DNA of 40,711 bases, from UHGV virus genome UHGV-1370040; one strand, written 5' to 3'. Below the pieces are notes generated by a model. That model was not told the DNA's origin. It searched no databases and saw nothing but the letters and a program-made list of their open reading frames with translations. Within the stretch, counting starts at the first letter, position 1. Every line of letters begins with the position of its first letter. The position numbers and the translations under genes are program-made. This DNA is from a virus. Of the stretch, positions 9,606-18,250 are shown in pieces.

Positions 9606-10422
9606 TCAATCTGTTTGTGGAGGAATTGCTGGTAGACGCCCCAACGCAACACCAAAAGGCGTTGTCATTCATAACGATGCAGGAAGTATTTATGCGACTG
9701 CTGCGCAATATGTTAATGCTTTAGCTGTAATGTCTCCTACGCAATTAGCGAATGGTTTTGCTCATTATTATATTGATCGAAATACAATTGCACGTGTAGA
9801 AGATACATTCAACGCAGCTTGGCATACAGCAAATTCAGATGGAAATTTGAACTATGTTGGTTATGAGGTTTGTCAATCGATGGGCGCTAGCTATGCAGAC
9901 TTTTTAGCGAATGAGCAAATGACATTTAAGCAAGTAGCCGAAGATATGAAGTTTTGGGGAATGCAACCTAATAGAGATACTGTAAGATTGCACAAAGAAT
10001 TTGTTCCTACAGCATGTCCTCATCGTTCGTGGGAATTGCATGGAAAAGAAACAAACGCAGTAAAAGACTATTTTATTAGCCAAATAAAAAAATATATGGG
10101 AAATCAAAACGAAAACAATAGCAACTCAAGTAATAACAATCAAAATACAATAAAAGGGAGAGAAGCAACGATGTTTTGTTTATATCAACGACCAATTAAT
10201 AGTAAAACAGGAAAATTAGAAGATAACGGGGATCACTGGGCTACATTCTTCTGTAATGGAGTGAATTGCCGACGTTTATATCATGGCGATGAGGCAGAAG
10301 TAATAAAAACAGTATACAGAGAGAACAACGGAAAAGAAATACCGTTCTTTGGTAAAGAGAAATGGCCTAAAAATGCTCCATGGTACAAACGTTTAGAGAC
10401 TGTTTGTCCAGTTGTAAAATAG
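9589..10422 (+). CDS. endolysin: N-acetylmuramoyl-L-alanine amidase (amidase_2/PGRP-like) with an N/S-rich linker and a Cys-containing C-terminal binding domain. ATG at 9589 after RBS AAAGGAGGTG
   Basis: GVVIHNDAG...AHYYID...CPHRS resemble amidase_2 catalytic motifs. Low-complexity linker NQNENNSNSSNNNQN. Last gene before the terminators. Confidence 0.7.
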   Translation: MVQVINQSVCGGIAGRRPNATPKGVVIHNDAGSIYATAAQYVNALAVMSPTQLANGFAHYYIDRNTIARVEDTFNAAWHTANSDGNLNYVGYEVCQSMGASYADFLANEQMTFKQVAEDMKFWGMQPNRDTVRLHKEFVPTACPHRSWELHGKETNAVKDYFISQIKKYMGNQNENNSNSSNNNQNTIKGREATMFCLYQRPINSKTGKLEDNGDHWATFFCNGVNCRRLYHGDEAEVIKTVYRENNGKEIPFFGKEKWPKNAPWYKRLETVCPVVK

Positions 10423-10476
10423 CTTGAAATTTAAAAGCATCTGATTTAAAATATAGTTACCTTTTGATATTTCCAT

Positions 10477-10550
10477 ATTTGACCTTCTTTTATGAGAATA
10501 AAAGAAGGGTGCACCTATCTTTTTCCAAGTCCTAAGATAGGTGCATTTTT
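10477..10550 (+). terminator. tandem Rho-independent terminators after the lysis module
   Basis: Hairpin ccttctttta-tgagaa-taaaagaagg, then hairpin gcacctatct / agataggtgc followed by TTTTTTT. Confidence 0.7.
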
Positions 10551-10616
10551 TTGTTGAAATTTAAAAAAGAAAGCGGTAAAATATGTTTACCAAACTTTTT
10601 GTTTTATTACTACTTA

Positions 10617-10652
10617 TTGCCGCCTTTCCCAAACGAGGCGGCAACTTTTTAC
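10617..10652 (+). terminator. Rho-independent terminator
   Basis: ttgccgcct-ttcccaaacg-aggcggcaa followed by cttttt. Confidence 0.7.
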
Positions 10653-10852
10653 ATAAAAATTATTGAACTCAAAAAACAGATATTGTAAAATATTGATACA
10701 TATTTAAACTCTTATTTTTTCACGCAGACCGCCTTTTCTCAATAAGACGGTCGTTTTTTTGTTGAAAATTGAAAATCAGTAAAGTAAAATTATTATATAT
10801 CAAGCTATAACCAGTAAGAACTATTTTATCCCCAATAAGGTGGTTCTTACTT

Positions 10853-10926
10853 GGACCATTAGCTCAGCTGGTTAGAGCAAACGGCTCATAACCGTTCGGT
10901 CACAGGTTCGAGTCCTGTATGGTCCA
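10853..10926 (+). tRNA. tRNA-Met (anticodon CAT), elongator type or possibly tRNA-Ile2 (lysidine); no encoded CCA
   Basis: Hand-folded cloverleaf. Acceptor GGACCAT/ATGGTCC, D arm GCTC-AGCTGGTTA-GAGC, anticodon arm AACGG-CTCATAA-CCGTT, T arm ACAGG-TTCGAGT-CCTGT, discriminator A. G1-C72 and the non-GGG anticodon stem argue against an initiator. Confidence 0.85.
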
Positions 10927-11008
10927 TAACGAAAAATAAGATAAAAAATCTTGACAAGTCGTCTTCTATATATTAGGCTATTAGTGAAGAGAGATGTATT
11001 GGGCCAGC

Positions 11009-11050
11009 CAGTACACCGGAAAGTGTCTGGGATTTATTCCAGACACTTTT
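11009..11050 (+). promoter_or_regulatory. terminator-like leader hairpin immediately upstream of the Abi_2 RBS; possible attenuator
   Basis: agtgtctgg-gatttatt-ccagacact followed by TTTTTT, ending about 10 nt before RBS AGGAGGG / ATG 11074. A TTGACA -35 element lies upstream at 10949. Confidence 0.4.
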
Positions 11051-11073
11051 TTATTTTCTTTAGGAGGGAATAG

Positions 11074-12036
11074 ATGGGAATTGAATTTAAAACCTTAGAC
11101 GAACAAATAAATATATTAAAAAGTAGAGGCTTATGCTTTATAGATGAAGAGCAAAGCAAAAAATTATTAATGAGATCTAATTATTATGATGTTGTAAACG
11201 GTTATTCTAAGCTGATACAAAGCAATACAAATAAATATATAGATAATGCAACATTTAATGAGTTATATGCAATATATATGTATGATAAAAACATAAAAAG
11301 TATTTTCTTCAGAAAAATTGAGAAAGCTGAAGCTTTTTTACGCTCATGTATAGCTTACACTTTTGCAAAAAATCATACCGACCCATATCCCTACTTAAAT
11401 TCAAATAATTTTGGAGACAAATACTTAGAAATAGGCCCCTTGCTAGCAAAAATATCTAAAATTATAACAAATAACAAGAAGTATAAAAATAATGCGATTA
11501 AACATTATTCTGATAAATATAATGAGGTTCCTATTTGGGTACTAGTTAATTTTTTAGATTTTGGTACGTTGCGTACTTTTTATTCTTTAATGTTAGATAA
11601 AGACAAAATTGAAATTGCAGATCACGTAAATCAACATTTTAAATATGAATACGGTCTTAGTCCAAATATTGTACCTTCACAAATTGATAGTTTTCTAATT
11701 AATATTAATGATATTCGTAATATTGTTGCTCATGACAATCGATTGCTACAGTTCCGTTTAAGAAGACATGCTACAAAAAATACTGTTTTACTTTCGGATT
11801 ATGAAAAAACTAGTACAGATAGCGTTTTTTATGTGTATTTAACGTTACGTTTATTTTTAACAAGAGAGCAGTTTAAAAACTTTACAAATGCTTTGAAAAA
11901 TCGGACAAGAGATTTGAATAAGAAGTTTAAACAATCGAGTAGTGATAGTAATATTAACGATATTCTTTTATCTATAGGTTTCCCGATGGAATGGTTCGAA
12001 TCCTCTTTTGACGATAGTTATCCAAAAGTTAAATAA
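11074..12036 (+). CDS. Abi_2 family abortive-infection protein (AbiD/AbiF/AbiD1-like)
   Basis: N-terminus FKTLDEQINILKSRGLCFIDEEQSKKLLMRSNYYDVVNGYS matches the Abi_2 (PF07751) start KTIDEQI.LLKSRGL...DE..A...L...NYYRL.NAY. About 320 aa, very AT-rich. Bidirectional terminator downstream at 12093-12132. Confidence 0.8.
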   Translation: MGIEFKTLDEQINILKSRGLCFIDEEQSKKLLMRSNYYDVVNGYSKLIQSNTNKYIDNATFNELYAIYMYDKNIKSIFFRKIEKAEAFLRSCIAYTFAKNHTDPYPYLNSNNFGDKYLEIGPLLAKISKIITNNKKYKNNAIKHYSDKYNEVPIWVLVNFLDFGTLRTFYSLMLDKDKIEIADHVNQHFKYEYGLSPNIVPSQIDSFLININDIRNIVAHDNRLLQFRLRRHATKNTVLLSDYEKTSTDSVFYVYLTLRLFLTREQFKNFTNALKNRTRDLNKKFKQSSSDSNINDILLSIGFPMEWFESSFDDSYPKVK

Positions 12037-12134
12037 TATATAAGTAAGATATAGATTCCCAACATAAAACAATTCATTAGTAATGTGCTTTCGTAACGAA
12101 AGCCTCGCTCCTAGATAAGAGTGAGGCTTATTTT

Positions 12135-12383
12135 TTATGCATTTACTAAAGATTTTCTTACAAGCATTTTATCAATTACAAGTTGATTTCGTTTATTCAA
12201 GTGACCATATACAGCTAATTCAGATTGTTCATGTAGCATTAGTAGTGTATTTGCTAGTTCATGTTTAGAGACGATACAGTTTATAGTTTTGTCCTGTGTT
12301 ACTAATGAGAATCGAACTAAAATTTTTGGATACATACTTAACATTTTAATCTTTTCAACTACTCCTACATAATTAGTTTTCAT
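12135..12383 (-). CDS. hypothetical 82-aa protein, isolated gene with its own promoter
   Basis: Strong RBS AAGGAGGG 6 nt before the ATG. Sigma-A promoter on the minus strand (-35 TAGACA 12429-12434, 18-nt spacer, -10 TATAAT 12405-12410) contains the palindrome CGAACTTTAGTTCG. Terminator downstream. Confidence 0.6.
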   Translation of the reverse strand: MKTNYVGVVEKIKMLSMYPKILVRFSLVTQDKTINCIVSKHELANTLLMLHEQSELAVYGHLNKRNQLVIDKMLVRKSLVNA

Positions 12384-12404
12384 GATATCGCCCTCCTTAA
12401 TATA

Positions 12405-12434
12405 ATTATATCGAACTTTAGTTCGTGTTGTCTA
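12405..12434 (-). promoter_or_regulatory. promoter with the CGAACT-NN-AGTTCG operator (12412-12425) in its spacer
   Basis: Seen directly in the sequence. The same palindrome recurs at 27385-27398. Confidence 0.5.
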
Positions 12435-12664
12435 TCAAGAAATATAAAATAATACAAAAAAATGGGTACTTTTTGGGTATGTCGGTAATGAAAAAAGCTA
12501 AAACCTTTATTTATTAAAGGTTTTAGCTTTTTAATAAAGAGCCACCTGCCAGCTTCATAGATAATTATTCAAGAATAGTGCTGTTTAATTAAAAACAATT
12601 CTATATGTTTTAATATATACATCAATATAACAATTTAGATATACTTTGGGTAATTTTTGGGTAT

Positions 12665-13807
12665 TTACAAAATATCTTTGTATTTGTTTTCATATTTTTC
12701 TTTGTTCTTTTTTCTATTTGCTTCAGTAGCTGATGCGTATTCATATGACTGTATTATCTCTTTATGTCCTAGCTGTGTTTTGATATATATTGGGTCAGCT
12801 TCAGCTAGGATTAATAAGTCAGAACGGGCATGTCTAAAACTATGAGATGAAATTCTTTCAATATTTGCTAGTTCACATGTTTCTTTTATATATTTATTCA
12901 CAGATGAATTTGAGATGGGCCATGAATTTTTTTTACTAACAAAAACAAAATTTTGGGGATTACGTAAATCTCCTCTCAATATTTTTTTCTTTTGTTCCAT
13001 TTCATATTTTTTTAAATAATAGAAAAGAGAAGAAGGGACATCGATATTTCGAACACCTGCTTCTGATTTTGTAGGGCCAATTCTATACTGGCCAGCATCA
13101 TACTTATATGCATTTTTTATCTTAATAACTTCGTTACTTTCATCAATGCTATCCCAAGTCAACGCAGCAACCTCTTGATAACGAGCTCCAGTATATAGTT
13201 GTACTAAAATGAAGTATTTACTTGTGGTATTTTCACGAGATAATAAAGCTTCTTTAAATTTAGTTAAATCATCAATAGATATGGTTTTATTTGATTTCTT
13301 TTCTGGTACTTGGCCAGTTAACTTTATATTTCTTGTTGGATTTGAATGAATATATTGCATATCCAAAGCTTCTAAAAACATAGATTTTACAATGTTATGT
13401 CTGTTGCTTACAGTCTCAATTGATAGTCCTTTTTCATTGATATTGCCAGGTTTTGCAAGCCAGTTAATCCATTGCTGATATTTGACTTTGGTGACGCCTT
13501 TTAGCAATTGTTTGTCCCCAAAGAAATCATTTAAATTCTTTCTTGTTAGAGCTATTTTTTGCATACGTCCAGCAGATACTTTATTCTTTTTAAATGTATC
13601 AACCCAAATATCATAAAAATCTAAAAGTTTAATTGCTTCGGTGTTTTCACCACGCATAATTTTTGATTTAAATTCTGTTTCGGCATCTCTGCAAGCTTTC
13701 TTAGTAGGTCTAGTAATCATTTTATTTTTCCATTCATTTGTAATGGGGTCTTTATATCTAAATCTTAACTGCCATTTTCCATTAGCTAATTTCTTTGGTT
13801 CTGCCAT
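12665..13807 (-). CDS. int: tyrosine recombinase / phage integrase. True start is ATG at 13805-13807 (MAEPKKLANGKWQLRFRYKDP) after RBS GAGAGGTTGG; the ORF track over-extends to 13903
   Basis: N-terminal arm-binding-like pattern. C-terminal SHSFRHA (HxxR) and Y in QSYEYAS are the catalytic box. Sits at the left end of the prophage next to cI/ImmA. Confidence 0.9.
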   Translation of the reverse strand: MAEPKKLANGKWQLRFRYKDPITNEWKNKMITRPTKKACRDAETEFKSKIMRGENTEAIKLLDFYDIWVDTFKKNKVSAGRMQKIALTRKNLNDFFGDKQLLKGVTKVKYQQWINWLAKPGNINEKGLSIETVSNRHNIVKSMFLEALDMQYIHSNPTRNIKLTGQVPEKKSNKTISIDDLTKFKEALLSRENTTSKYFILVQLYTGARYQEVAALTWDSIDESNEVIKIKNAYKYDAGQYRIGPTKSEAGVRNIDVPSSLFYYLKKYEMEQKKKILRGDLRNPQNFVFVSKKNSWPISNSSVNKYIKETCELANIERISSHSFRHARSDLLILAEADPIYIKTQLGHKEIIQSYEYASATEANRKKNKEKYENKYKDIL

Positions 13808-13992
13808 AAATACCAACCTCTCGGATTTTTTTAATTTAAATACATTTAAGAACGATTTTTTATTGAATATGTTATAAGTAAGTATTAAATTATCGTATAT
13901 CATAAAGGTGGATACGAATATACGTTCGTGTTTTGTGATAAAAAGAAAAACCCGAAGGTTTCTCTCTTTGTTAATAAAATAATAAGAAGATA

Positions 13993-14856
13993 TTAATAAT
14001 CAATAATTTCTACAAGTCCACTATCTGCACTTTGTGGAGTTATGTGTATTTCCACATTAGCTTCTCTTTTTGCTCCGTATGCATTTACTATAGTAGCACT
14101 TACTTTTTGATACCATTTACCATCTTTTTGCGTCCATGGTTGGATGACACCGATAATTGAATGCATTTTGCTTCCTTTATAAGGATACATATCATTAAAT
14201 TGATGTTTAGCTAAAGTATCTAAGACGGTTTGTTGTTCTAAGGTTGGCTCATCTGCTAGCTTAGTAATGTCATTAGTATTTTTATCTTCGCTCGGTAAAG
14301 TATTAGTAGCTACATCAGACTTCGCTTCAGTACTTACTTCTTTTTTCTCAGCTGCATCAGATTGTTCATTATCTTGGCTACTACTATTAGAAACATCAGA
14401 GTTGACTGTTTTTTGTTTGTTAGTTTCAGTACTTGATACTGGATTTTTCATATATTCTTGAAAATCTTTTTCATTTAAAAATCTAACAACAAAATCTTTG
14501 TCGGCAGTTTCGAATGTGAGAGTATCTCCCTTTTTAAGAGATACTTTTTTCTTGTTTCCCACTCCGTATAAGTCATGGTTACTATTTTCTCCGCCTGATT
14601 TGACGGTAATAAGAACTATGCTCGATTTATCATCTAGTTGAGTTAATACAGCATAGTAATCTCCAGGATCAATATTTTTTCCAACTGAATATTCCCCTGA
14701 TGCAACAAAGTCTTTTGAATTCGGTTGTTTAACTGTGCTGTTAGATTGACTGGTTGACTTTTCAGTACCTTTATTATCATTATTGCCCGAACAAGCAGTA
14801 AGTAGTGAAATACCACAAACACAAATCAAGCCTAAACTAATTAATTTTTTCATCAT
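13993..14856 (-). CDS. surface lipoprotein between int and the immunity genes (Ltp-like superinfection-exclusion candidate)
   Basis: Signal peptide with lipobox LLTAC (MMKKLISLGLICVCGISLLTAC|SGN). S/T/N/D-rich linker. The same locus (int / lipoprotein / cI) holds Ltp in Streptococcus thermophilus TP-J34. Confidence 0.6.
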   Translation of the reverse strand: MMKKLISLGLICVCGISLLTACSGNNDNKGTEKSTSQSNSTVKQPNSKDFVASGEYSVGKNIDPGDYYAVLTQLDDKSSIVLITVKSGGENSNHDLYGVGNKKKVSLKKGDTLTFETADKDFVVRFLNEKDFQEYMKNPVSSTETNKQKTVNSDVSNSSSQDNEQSDAAEKKEVSTEAKSDVATNTLPSEDKNTNDITKLADEPTLEQQTVLDTLAKHQFNDMYPYKGSKMHSIIGVIQPWTQKDGKWYQKVSATIVNAYGAKREANVEIHITPQSADSGLVEIIDY

Positions 14857-14884
14857 AATTCCTCCTTAAAAATACATGCGTAAT

Positions 14885-15343
14885 TTAATTGATAATAAAG
14901 CGCAAACACTTTTCAATATCTGAATAAAATTCTTCTTCTAATCCAAAAAAACTAGCGATAGTACATATATTTACACTTTCATCTGATGCTACATGATATA
15001 AATAATATTTACAAAGTAAAAAAATTGCACCATTATCAGCTTCATATTCCATTTTAGATCTACTATACCTATTAGCATTATAAAATGAATTAATCCCGTC
15101 ATGTTCAGTTATATGTATTAGCTCATGAGCACAAACAAAATAAGAATAATTACTTCCGTTTAGAAATGAAGCAATAAATATTGTGTTAAGTTCAGGAACT
15201 GCTAATCCATGATAACCAATGGGAAGCTTAGTAGTATAAACTAATTCAATATCAAGATGGTGAGCAATTTCAAATGGATCGTAACTTCCAGTCCAAGAAA
15301 ATATATCTTCAAGATCGTAAATTACTGATTTCAAAGAAATCAC
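14885..15343 (-). CDS. immA: ImmA/IrrE-family zinc metallopeptidase (anti-repressor protease)
   Basis: HEXXH motif CAHELIHITEHD. About 150 aa. 4-bp ATGA overlap with the upstream XRE repressor gene, the ImmR/ImmA arrangement. Confidence 0.8.
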   Translation of the reverse strand: MISLKSVIYDLEDIFSWTGSYDPFEIAHHLDIELVYTTKLPIGYHGLAVPELNTIFIASFLNGSNYSYFVCAHELIHITEHDGINSFYNANRYSRSKMEYEADNGAIFLLCKYYLYHVASDESVNICTIASFFGLEEEFYSDIEKCLRFIIN

Positions 15344-15717
15344 TTCCCATCTTTATTACGAGCTTCTTTTTGTTTTTTTACCCAAAAATAACTAGCGATT
15401 AAATCATTTATCTGTTCTCTATCCTCATCTGTCATGATTTCAGATCCATAGGTCATTCCTGGATTTGATTTTAATATTTTATCTAATTCAATCACCTCAT
15501 CTTTACTAGCCCACTCAGGAGTGTGGTTTCTTCCGAGTAAGAAATCAGTGGTGACATCAAATAATATTGCTAATTTTACTAAAGTTTCTTTGTCAGGATC
15601 ATTTCTATTGTTTTCAAAATGAGAATATGCTGCTCGTGTGATGCCTAAATAATCAGCAACTTGTTGTTGAGTTTTATTTTTAGATATACGTAGTTGTTTT
15701 AATTTGTTTCCTAACAT
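15340..15717 (-). CDS. XRE-family HTH repressor (cI/ImmR-like)
   Basis: LKQLRISKNKTQQQVADYLGITRAAYSHFENNRNDP is a helix-turn-helix. Divergent from cro and co-oriented with int. Confidence 0.85.
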   Translation of the reverse strand: MLGNKLKQLRISKNKTQQQVADYLGITRAAYSHFENNRNDPDKETLVKLAILFDVTTDFLLGRNHTPEWASKDEVIELDKILKSNPGMTYGSEIMTDEDREQINDLIASYFWVKKQKEARNKDGK

Positions 15718-15747
15718 GTTATCGCCACCTTTTTTTTATTGTAACAC

Positions 15748-15861
15748 CTAATAGATACTATGTGTATCTATTAGAACGAAAAGATACAGAAAATATCAAA
15801 AAAATGTTGACGATACGAAATGTATCTGGTAGTATGTTCATATAAGATACATTATGTATCT
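15748..15861. promoter_or_regulatory. genetic-switch region: P_cro (-35 TTGACG 15807-15812, 17-nt spacer, -10 TAGTAT 15830-15835) and three GATAC-N5-GTATC operators (15754-15768, 15812-15826, 15846-15860)
   Basis: Perfect 5+5 inverted repeats read directly from the sequence. One operator lies within the P_cro spacer. A fourth copy is at 16093-16107. Confidence 0.7.
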
Positions 15862-15888
15862 AAAATGCAAATAGAGCGGAGGGATAGA

Positions 15889-16116
15889 ATGCGAACTAAT
15901 TTTAAAATGGAAAGAGAAAAATTGAAGCTTACTCAAAAAGAATTAGCTGAAAAACTTGATTTATCAGAAGTATATGTAAGAAAATTAGAATCTGGTGCAA
16001 GTTCGCCAAGTACGAAAAAGGCTGTTATCATTGCTGAATTTTTTGGAAAGCCTCTTGATTATCTTTTTCCAGATATTTTTTTGCTATCGTTCGATACGGA
16101 ATGTATCGACAACTAA
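15889..16116 (+). CDS. Cro-like XRE HTH regulator; start ATG 15889 after RBS GGAGGG (the ORF track starts earlier at 15820)
   Basis: LTQKELAEKLDLSEVYVRKLESG is an HTH. First gene of the rightward early operon. Confidence 0.75.
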   Translation: MRTNFKMEREKLKLTQKELAEKLDLSEVYVRKLESGASSPSTKKAVIIAEFFGKPLDYLFPDIFLLSFDTECIDN

Positions 16117-16141
16117 AATGAATACGATAGGGGGATACAAA

Positions 16142-16315
16142 ATGACAACCAAAGAAAAAATTGAATTTATCAAACAAGTAACACCTCATTCAGATTCAGA
16201 AGTAGAGAAAATTATTAAAGGAATGAGCGATACCAGTATTAACCGCTGGTATGAAATAGAGAAATATCGCATTGATCAAGAATTAGAAGAAGCGGTGTTA
16301 ACTATCTATTGTTAA
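16142..16315 (+). CDS. hypothetical small protein (57 aa)
   Basis: ATG after RBS GGGGGA. This is the 3' part of track ORF 15995-16315, whose 5' part overlaps cro in another frame. Confidence 0.45.
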   Translation: MTTKEKIEFIKQVTPHSDSEVEKIIKGMSDTSINRWYEIEKYRIDQELEEAVLTIYC

Positions 16316-16372
16316 AAGAATACACCTATAGCAGTCGGATAGAAATAACAAATTATACGAAATGAGGTAAAA

Positions 16373-16900
16373 ATGACGAAATCTATAAAACTAAACAAAC
16401 AATTAAGAAAAGCAGCTTTAAAAAAAGGATTAAGCCAAAAACAAGTGGCCCAATTAGTATATTTTGCACATACTACAACAAATGGTCACTTTAATGGCTA
16501 CCCAGTACCGCCAGAAAGTGCTATAGCCTATAACGAATTATTTAACGATAGTGAGTTGGCATTTGCATTAGGTCAAGAGTTATTGGGCCTAATAGGGCTA
16601 GCAACTGGAGTGAAAGTAAAAAAAGAGCCATTAGCGCTTTCGGTACTAAAGGAAAAAGAGGAACGAGAAAGAGAAAAAATCGAAGTGGAAAACGAAATCG
16701 ATTATTTAATGGCGATTCCAGATGAAGAATTGACCGAAAAACAAAAACAGGCAATATTACAGTATTGTAGCGAGTATTCGGATGAATTGTTGTTTGAAGT
16801 TTCTCTAATTTGTAAGCAATTAGAACTAATAGGGATGTCATTTATGGATTTAATGATATTAAGAACACCTTATTGGAAAAATAAAGAATGGATTGAATAA
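16373..16900 (+). CDS. hypothetical early protein (175 aa); weak N-terminal HTH-like segment and an acidic coiled region
   Basis: ORF with an upstream RBS. No recognised family. Confidence 0.5.
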   Translation: MTKSIKLNKQLRKAALKKGLSQKQVAQLVYFAHTTTNGHFNGYPVPPESAIAYNELFNDSELAFALGQELLGLIGLATGVKVKKEPLALSVLKEKEEREREKIEVENEIDYLMAIPDEELTEKQKQAILQYCSEYSDELLFEVSLICKQLELIGMSFMDLMILRTPYWKNKEWIE

Positions 16901-16914
16901 AGGAGGGAAGTAAC

Positions 16915-17166
16915 TTGGAGTCAAACATTAGTATGCAAGATGTGTCTAAGAGACTTTCTAGGAATCTATATATGATGATGGGAACTCCTAGAGAGGATAC
17001 TAAAAAAATTTGGAAGGTATCTGAGCTTTCAAAAGCAAGCGGAGTTACACCATGTGTTATTAGTCGGATTAAAAATGACACTGAAGGAAAAGAAAAACCG
17101 ACTATTGAAACAGTTGTTAAGCTTGCTAAAGCATTAAATGTTGATCCCGCAGAATTATTGAAATAA
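16915..17166 (+). CDS. XRE-family HTH protein (second small DNA-binding protein)
   Basis: SELSKASGVTPCVISRIKNDTEG...TIETVVKLAKALNVDPAELL is an HTH_3-like pattern. TTG start after AAGGAGGG. Confidence 0.6.
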   Translation: MESNISMQDVSKRLSRNLYMMMGTPREDTKKIWKVSELSKASGVTPCVISRIKNDTEGKEKPTIETVVKLAKALNVDPAELLK

Positions 17167-17179
17167 GAGGTGAAAATAA

Positions 17180-17290
17180 ATGGAAAAAGAAAATATCCAA
17201 AAAAATTATCACGAATCATTAAAAGAGCGGAAAATCAAAGATACTTTACAAGAAATTAAAGAGAGATTAAATGGCGTAAAACTAACCTAA
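17180..17290 (+). CDS. hypothetical 36-aa ORF
   Basis: ATG after RBS AAGAGGTGA. Low confidence. Confidence 0.3.
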   Translation: MEKENIQKNYHESLKERKIKDTLQEIKERLNGVKLT

Positions 17291-17309
17291 TAATGAAAGG
17301 AAGTCAAAA

Positions 17310-17519
17310 ATGAACAAGAGGAAACCACGTAGTTTATATGAAGCAAGAATTTTAGGTACTTTGTTAGTATTCTTCATACTTGGTCTAGTAATAAAGAACA
17401 GTATTCCGCTTAACTATTTACTTTTAATACTTGGACCTATTATTGCAATTTGGTTTATGAAATATGACGATGCTAAATATCAAGAAAATTTAAATAAAAA
17501 TGAAAAGGAAGTGTATTAA
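17310..17519 (+). CDS. small membrane protein (2 TM)
   Basis: ILGTLLVFFILGLVI and LLILGPIIAIWFM are hydrophobic helices. Confidence 0.5.
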   Translation: MNKRKPRSLYEARILGTLLVFFILGLVIKNSIPLNYLLLILGPIIAIWFMKYDDAKYQENLNKNEKEVY

Positions 17520-17846
17520 TTGAATAGAAAAATCAGAAGTCTAATCAAAGAATTGGGTAATGAATGTGAAAAAGAAAAAATTCCATTGTTATGTACTGTC
17601 AGTGATGAAGGTGAAGCAATAAGCAGTATTCAGGGCAATTTTGAAGATGTAGCTTTTTGTATGGCTATACAAGAACAAAAGTTAATTGAAGTATTACCAA
17701 TATCAGTTGAAAAAGTTAGACAATCAGCAGTATCAGCATTAAAAGAAGCAAGATCTGATAGTCATCAACATACATTTGTAATCGAAAATGCAGAAGATTT
17801 ACAAGATATATTAAACAGAATTGCTTCAGGTGAGTTTGATGAATAA
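17520..17846 (+). CDS. hypothetical early protein (TTG start)
   Basis: ORF in the early operon, acidic. Confidence 0.45.
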   Translation: MNRKIRSLIKELGNECEKEKIPLLCTVSDEGEAISSIQGNFEDVAFCMAIQEQKLIEVLPISVEKVRQSAVSALKEARSDSHQHTFVIENAEDLQDILNRIASGEFDE

Positions 17847-17929
17847 AAAATGCCCAATCGTTTGCAGACGATTTAGGCACTAACAAAAATATACTAGAAA
17901 AATTATAACATAAATTTGGAGGGAGTTAA

Positions 17930-18220
17930 ATGCAAAAAAACAACAATAAGCTAACCATGTCAGCCCGATTCGGTGAATGGTATAAAGAGGCGACTGAAAA
18001 TTGTGCAGAACGGGAATTATATGCAACGTCGTTAATTGCACGTATAGATTGGTTAGTTGATCCAAAAAGTGGAAATAACAGTAGATATGACTTAACCACA
18101 GAGCTGAATAAAAATCATAGCAGCGCTTGGTATGATGTTGCCACTGAAATTTGTAACAAACGCAAAGAAACAGTTATACGAGCAATCTTGGAAGACAATA
18201 TCAAAATTGAAAATTTCTAA
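17930..18220 (+). CDS. hypothetical early protein
   Basis: ORF with RBS GGAGGGAG. Confidence 0.5.
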   Translation: MQKNNNKLTMSARFGEWYKEATENCAERELYATSLIARIDWLVDPKSGNNSRYDLTTELNKNHSSAWYDVATEICNKRKETVIRAILEDNIKIENF

Positions 18221-18250
18221 TAATCTAATAAATGGAAGAGGAGGATTCCA

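Noticed and set aside
10583-10663. 26-aa hydrophobic mini-ORF (MFTKLFVLLLLIAAFPKRGGNFLHKNY)
   Set aside because: It overlaps a Rho-independent terminator hairpin, has a weak RBS, and is probably fortuitous.
10853-10926. tRNA-Met as an initiator tRNA
   Set aside because: It has a G1-C72 pair and no three consecutive G-C pairs in the anticodon stem. It is therefore an elongator Met, or possibly Ile2(LAU), which cannot be distinguished from sequence alone.
12135-12383. OB-fold/SSB-like call for the 82-aa protein
   Set aside because: There is only a loose resemblance (alternating hydrophobic beta-like pattern, ...INCIV...) and the protein is too short. It is left as hypothetical.
12657-13877. 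Plus-strand ORFs 12657-12845 and 13641-13877 overlapping the integrase
   Set aside because: They are antisense to a well-supported tyrosine recombinase gene. The products are low-complexity, and there is no RBS.
15995-16141. 5' portion of track ORF 15995-16315
   Set aside because: It overlaps cro in another frame and lacks an RBS. Only the downstream ATG at 16142, which has an RBS, is retained.
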